DNA of 64,000 bases from Pirellulales bacterium (GTDB lineage: Bacteria; Planctomycetota; Planctomycetia; Pirellulales; Lacipirellulaceae). Below, piece by piece: positions 59,617 through 64,000 of the stretch; the stretch's first letter is position 1, and each line of letters opens with the position of its first letter. A program made the translations under genes and the position numbers. The DNA is taken from NCBI GenBank assembly GCA_020847515.1, contig JADLBW010000279.1, positions 597-64,596 of the forward strand, read 5' to 3'. The notes under the pieces are model-generated. The model worked only from the letters and a program-made list of their open reading frames with translations. It did no database searches and was not told where the DNA came from.

Positions 59617-60171
59617 ATGAAAGTGGTGCTTACTAAGGAGCAACTCCGCGACGGCGTCGCGGCGATGGCCAAGGCCATCGAGGAAGCGTTCGCGGGACGC
59701 CAGCTTACGATCATCGGCGTCCTGACCGGCAGCGTCGTGCTGCTGGCCGATTTGATCCGTCTCATCGATCAGCCCATGCGAGTCGGCGTAATCCAGGCGT
59801 CCAGCTATCGCGGCGCCACCACGACCCGCGGCGAACTGACCATCAACAGCGAGCTGATGCTCGACGTTACGGGCCGCGACGTCCTCCTCGTAGACGACAT
59901 CTTCGATACCGGCCATACCTTGTCGAAGGTGGTCGAAATGTTGCGCGACTTCAAGCCGGCCAGCATCCATTCCGCCGTGTTGTTACGAAAGCTCGGACGG
60001 CAAGAAACCGTTTACGAACCTGACTTCGTCGCGTTTAAGATCCCGGACGAGTTCGTCGTCGGGTACGGTCTCGACTACGGAGACATGTACCGGAACCTTC
60101 CCTACCTCGCAGCCCTCGAAAAGGACGATGTCGCACGGCACCAAGCCGCGGAGGGCAACGTTGTAACGTGA
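59617..60171 (+). CDS. hpt: Hypoxanthine phosphoribosyltransferase
   Basis: IGVLTGS, ASSYRG, PRPP loop VLLVDDIFDTGHTL, IPDEFVVGYGLDY, YRNLP. Confidence 0.95.
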   Translation: MKVVLTKEQLRDGVAAMAKAIEEAFAGRQLTIIGVLTGSVVLLADLIRLIDQPMRVGVIQASSYRGATTTRGELTINSELMLDVTGRDVLLVDDIFDTGHTLSKVVEMLRDFKPASIHSAVLLRKLGRQETVYEPDFVAFKIPDEFVVGYGLDYGDMYRNLPYLAALEKDDVARHQAAEGNVVT

Positions 60172-60223
60172 CCCCGTAAAGGCGCACTCCGCCGAGGGGC
60201 GGCTCGGCAGCGGAAGGCGATCC

Positions 60224-60613
60224 TTACAGTGCAAACTGTTCCGGAAGGAGTTTATCAAGCGTGATCGTGCGCAGCTTCTCCGGCTGCACAACGTCGACCA
60301 ATAGCACCTCCATGGCGGAGCCAAACTCGCATAAGACCTGACGACAGGCGCCGCAGGGCGCGTGTCCGCCCTCGGTCGCAACGGCCGCGGCAATGATCTG
60401 CTTATGGCCCGCCCCGACCGCGGCGCAGACGGCGGCGCGTTCGGCGCAAATAGTTAAGCCGTAGGAGGCATTTTCAACGTTGCAGCCTGCAAACAGTTCG
60501 CCCGCTGCCGTCAAAACCGCCGCGCCGACCTCAAAGCCGGAGTAGGGCGCGTGGGCGAATTTGCGAATCCGGCACGCTTGTTCAATTAGTCTCTTCTGCA
60601 CGACGGCATTCAT
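60224..60613 (-). CDS. cdd: Cytidine deaminase (homotetrameric type)
   Basis: AHAPYSGFEVGAA, GCNVENASYGLTICAERAA, PCGACRQVL, LLPEQF. Confidence 0.95.
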   Translation of the reverse strand: MNAVVQKRLIEQACRIRKFAHAPYSGFEVGAAVLTAAGELFAGCNVENASYGLTICAERAAVCAAVGAGHKQIIAAAVATEGGHAPCGACRQVLCEFGSAMEVLLVDVVQPEKLRTITLDKLLPEQFAL

Positions 60614-61071
60614 CGCCATCACCCCCTGACGCACGCCCCATCGAAAACCCCTCTGGTAGTGTCCTATCGGTACTGACACTCGACCATCGCAAGTGGCAAT
60701 TCGGACAGCCAAGCACGAAAAAGAACCTCTTCGCCGATCGAGCATAACTCCTTTCCCCGTGCGGTCTTGGAGTGCTCAACCCCAACCCTGCGAGAACCTG
60801 CCATCGGTCTCAATTTAGAGGTTTCCACGAACCTGGGCCGTCGCCGTTACAGTAGGTCGGCCGCTATTTTTGCCCTCAAATATGCGGCCGCATAGCGTCA
60901 CATTATTGCGACCGGTGGCATATGCAACTATGATCCTTTCTGTACACGGACAAAGGCTGCTCCGCTGGTCAAACTCATCTCTGAACACCCGACTCGGACC
61001 GGGAACCCTCGTACCGCGGGCATGCAGTCTAACGAGTAGGGACTCGACTTCTACATCTGGGGAGGAGACTA

Positions 61072-61740
61072 ATGCGACGCACGTATGGTTTGGCGATCGT
61101 CAGCGCTCTTCTTGTGAGCGCCGTGCCGGCACGCGGCCAATCGGTCAACTTCGACTTCGAAAGCGGGGGCGATCAAGGTTGGGGCCACAAGTTCGATAAC
61201 GACGCCTCGGAAGCCTTTCCGGTGAATCTCATTGCCGGCAGTAACCGGATGGCCGTTCTTCGCAACGGCGACTTCCAAGAGGCCGAACGCAACACCGGCA
61301 ATTCGTCGGAAGCCTTCTATATGGCGATGGATGCGGCCTCAGCCAACGAGGCGGGATATTACATCGAGTATGACTGGTATGTCGATACGGCACCCGGCAA
61401 TTACGGCAGCTATCTCCAACTCGGCACCTATATCAATACCGGCAGCGGCTATTACGCGCAGGACTTCCCAAATGCCGGTAAGGACGTAGAGCTGGACGGC
61501 ACGCAACTAGGCAGCGGCCAGGTCTTTTCCGGAACGGTCTCCGAAACCTTTGCTGCCAAGGGCTATGATATGCCTACCGGAGAGACCTTCTTCCGGTTAG
61601 GGCTGATCATCAACGGCGACGGCGCTGCGACCGTGCACTTCGACAATATTCGCGTGCGCCCGGTTCCAGAACCGACCGCCCTGGCGCTCGTCGGATTTGC
61701 AACGGCAGGCCTCGCCGCCTTACGTCGTCGGCGAAAGTAA
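61072..61740 (+). CDS. PEP-CTERM sorting-domain protein
   Basis: GGAGGAG RBS, signal peptide, FDFES...VHFDNIRV (CBM-like ends), VPEPTALALVGFATAGLAALRRRRK. Confidence 0.9.
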   Translation: MRRTYGLAIVSALLVSAVPARGQSVNFDFESGGDQGWGHKFDNDASEAFPVNLIAGSNRMAVLRNGDFQEAERNTGNSSEAFYMAMDAASANEAGYYIEYDWYVDTAPGNYGSYLQLGTYINTGSGYYAQDFPNAGKDVELDGTQLGSGQVFSGTVSETFAAKGYDMPTGETFFRLGLIINGDGAATVHFDNIRVRPVPEPTALALVGFATAGLAALRRRRK

Positions 61741-61769
61741 TAAGAAAACGCATCGTCACAGCAGCGACG

Positions 61770-61807
61770 GCCGTCTCCGATCCTTCCGATCGGAGACGGC
61801 TTTTTTT
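61770..61807 (+). terminator. Intrinsic terminator
   Basis: GCCGTCTCCGATC-CTTCC-GATCGGAGACGGC followed by seven T. Confidence 0.9.
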
Positions 61808-62032
61808 GTGGCTGGGTGCTCTGCCAAAGCTTGCCTCTCGGATTAGCCGCCGGGCGCAAAGCGCGCCCTTGGAGCGAAAACCGGGGGCCAGCGCCTCGCG
61901 GCTCATCCACACGATCCGAAGCATTGGCTTAGGCAGAGGGCTAGATACTGCCAAACGCGAGTCGGTCGTCCGCCAGCAATTTCCGCTATTGTCGCTGGCC
62001 GCTCTCTGACGAGTCGCCAAAAAACGCCTCGC

Positions 62033-63361
62033 CTAGCCGATTTGTTCCAAGATCAACGGTCCGACGGCCGGCGGTTCGTCGGATAATTCCCACAATTCCA
62101 GCAGCATCGGCCGAACCGATGCGAGGGTCTCTGCTTCAGCGAACATGCGCACCATCGGCTGCCCCGCTACCACTCGATCGCCTAGGCGCGCCAGCATTTC
62201 GATTCCGGTCGAGTGGTCGAGGGCGTCGCCCAGCCGTTTTCGGCCGCCCCCCATGGCAATGATCGCCTGGCCGAGTTGTTCGGCGTCGATCCTCGCCAAG
62301 TAACCGTCGCGCGGGCTTCGGAGGTCGCTGGCTGGTGCAATGCGCCGCGGGGCGTCGAGATCGCCTCCCTGGGCGGCCGCCATTTGGGCCAATTTCTCGC
62401 GCGCGGCGCCAGAATCGATTGCTTGCTGTAGTCGCCCTCGCGCCGCGTCGATCTGCTCGCTGTGGTCGGCAGCCTTCCGCGCCCCATCCTGCGAGGAACC
62501 AGCGCCGCCCTGGGCGGAAGCTAGCAACCCCGCGCCCAGCGCCAGGACGACCTCCATCAAGTCCGCCGGCCCCCGACCCTCTAGCGCTGCGACCGCTTCA
62601 TTCACTTCAACGGCGTTGCCGGCCATGCGCCCCAGCGGCTGATTCATATCGGTAAGCAAAGCCGTCGTGGCGACGCCCATTCGCTTGCCCGTTGCGACGA
62701 GCGACTGCGCCAGCCCGCGGGCGTGCTCGATCGTCTTCATGAAGGCCCCGCTGCCGTACTTCACGTCGAGTACCAGCGCGTCGAGCCCCTCGGCGAGCTT
62801 CTTGCTCATAATACTCGCCGTGATCAGCGGAATTGAAGGCACCGTCGCTGTAACGTCGCGCAGTGCGTAAAGCTTACGGTCTGCGGGCGCCAGATCGGCC
62901 GTGGCGCCCGTGATGACGCAGCCCGTGCGGCGGACGACGGCGCGGATTTCCTCCATCGACAGGTTCGTGCGGAAACCGGCTATCGATTCCAGTTTGTCCA
63001 GCGTTCCGCCCGTAGAACCCAGGCCCCGTCCGGAGATCATCGGGACCTGCAGCCCGCAGCAGGCGAGCATGGGCGCCAGGACCAGCGACGTCTTATCCCC
63101 TATGCCGCCGGTGGAATGCTTGTCCACGCGGACGCCGCCGTCATCCTCCCAGGCGAACCGCGCGCCCGAGGCGAGCATATGATCGGTCAGGGCGGCAGTT
63201 TCCGCGATGGTCATCCCATTGAGGTAAATCGCCATCGCCAACGCCGCCATCTGATAGTCGGGCACGGCGCCGTCGACATAGCCGGCGATAAACTCGCCAA
63301 TCTCGGCGCCGCTCAACTCGCCGCGATCGCGCTTTTTCTGGATGATCCAAACCGGGTTCAT
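62033..63361 (-). CDS. pdp: Pyrimidine-nucleoside (thymidine) phosphorylase
   Basis: IIQKKRD, PDYQMAALAMA, DKHSTGGIGDK, MISGRGLGSTGGTLDKLESI, ADRKLYALRDVT, SIMSKK, DVKYGSGAFMK. Confidence 0.95.
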   Translation of the reverse strand: MNPVWIIQKKRDRGELSGAEIGEFIAGYVDGAVPDYQMAALAMAIYLNGMTIAETAALTDHMLASGARFAWEDDGGVRVDKHSTGGIGDKTSLVLAPMLACCGLQVPMISGRGLGSTGGTLDKLESIAGFRTNLSMEEIRAVVRRTGCVITGATADLAPADRKLYALRDVTATVPSIPLITASIMSKKLAEGLDALVLDVKYGSGAFMKTIEHARGLAQSLVATGKRMGVATTALLTDMNQPLGRMAGNAVEVNEAVAALEGRGPADLMEVVLALGAGLLASAQGGAGSSQDGARKAADHSEQIDAARGRLQQAIDSGAAREKLAQMAAAQGGDLDAPRRIAPASDLRSPRDGYLARIDAEQLGQAIIAMGGGRKRLGDALDHSTGIEMLARLGDRVVAGQPMVRMFAEAETLASVRPMLLELWELSDEPPAVGPLILEQIG

Positions 63362-63436
63362 TGGTACATCGGCCACACGCCGTTCACACGGGAGGACAAC
63401 AGCCGCGGACGAGGAATTGTTGAACGCTAATGGCCA

Positions 63437-63587
63437 CTATTGATTCCTGCGCCGCTCATGAACCCGCTGTAAATTCGGCTATCGCCTATCGGCTATCGGC
63501 TGTCGGCTATCGGCTATCGGCCAGAACTAGGCCTTTTCGCTCTGGCCGTCGGCCGCTAGCCCATAGCCGACAGCCAGGCATGGTTCA
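63437..63587 (-). repeat. Hairpin MITE/REPIN-like element, copy 3 (inverted, one end lost)
   Basis: Begins CTATTGATTCCTGCGCCG, the reverse complement of the copy-2 right end. Carries an expanded GGCTATC run. Similarity stops after GGTTCA at about 63587. Confidence 0.82.
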
Positions 63588-63688
63588 GCGTCCATGAGCG
63601 TAGACTCGCGTTCGTTCCTGCTTTTTGATCCTGCTAATTTAGTGGCCTGTTTGCTGCGCCGCGGCCCCTTGGCGCGAGGCGGTTCACC

Positions 63689-64000
63689 CTAGAGCTGCTC
63701 GACTATTCCGCCGACTATTGCGGCAAGTTTGTCAGCGGCGGCGGCCGCTACGGCCAGCACGTCGTGGCCGGACGTTTCTTCAGGGGCGTCCGGCGAGCCC
63801 ACATTCGCGATCGTAGAGAGCCCAAGTACTCGAACGCCGGCATGTTGAGCGACAATTACCTCGGGCACGGTTGACATGCCCACGGCGTCGCCGCCGAGGC
63901 GGCGGAGCATGCGGTACTCGGCGCGGGTCTCGTAATTGGGCCCCAGTACTCCGACATACACGCCGCGGTGGAGCGTAAGACCAGACCCCGTCGCGATGGC
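63689..64000 (-). CDS. punA: Purine-nucleoside phosphorylase (trimeric PNP family), 3' part only
   Basis: GVYVGVLGPNYETRAE, GGDAVGMSTVPEVIVA, GLSTIAN. Runs off the window end. Confidence 0.9.
   Translation of the reverse strand, partial: AIATGSGLTLHRGVYVGVLGPNYETRAEYRMLRRLGGDAVGMSTVPEVIVAQHAGVRVLGLSTIANVGSPDAPEETSGHDVLAVAAAAADKLAAIVGGIVEQL

Noticed and set aside
63437-63587. GGCTATC tandem run considered as a CRISPR array
   Set aside because: Units are 7 bp and contiguous, with no unique spacers and no cas genes. It belongs to the dispersed hairpin element.

Overview
GC-rich chromosomal segment of a planctomycete, most likely Pirellulales/Lacipirellulaceae-like. This is inferred from the DUF1559 prepilin gene, BBP7- and DUF6666-type barrels, an SHD1 protein, and dockerin-like plus PEP-CTERM tails. 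Core genes: tmk, ispE, spoVG, csrA, yjbQ, ribD, tal, ALDH, HtrA, prkA-yeaH-spoVR, chdC/hemQ, and a nucleoside salvage cluster (upp, nupC, hpt, cdd, pdp, PNP). The main accessory block (19.8-34.9 kb) is a PUL-like surface locus. An ECF sigma/FecR anti-sigma pair is divergent from seven genes: a GH30 hydrolase, two tandem paralogous PEP-CTERM proteins, a DUF1559/lipoprotein pair, a PEP-CTERM-anchored vanadium haloperoxidase-family enzyme and a CRTAC1/ASPIC protein. The anti-sigma carries two internal copies of an unnamed domain whose motif order resembles the two PEP-CTERM paralogs. Other signals: three copies of a ~150-165 bp hairpin MITE/REPIN-like element, an in-frame TGA at a probable Cys codon followed by 58 more hydrophobic codons, a structured GGA-rich csrA leader, a collapsed gene remnant, and a degenerate MMPL protein behind a sigma54-type site. 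No tRNA, rRNA, CRISPR array, transposase or prophage was seen. All family calls are by eye from motifs, not from database searches.
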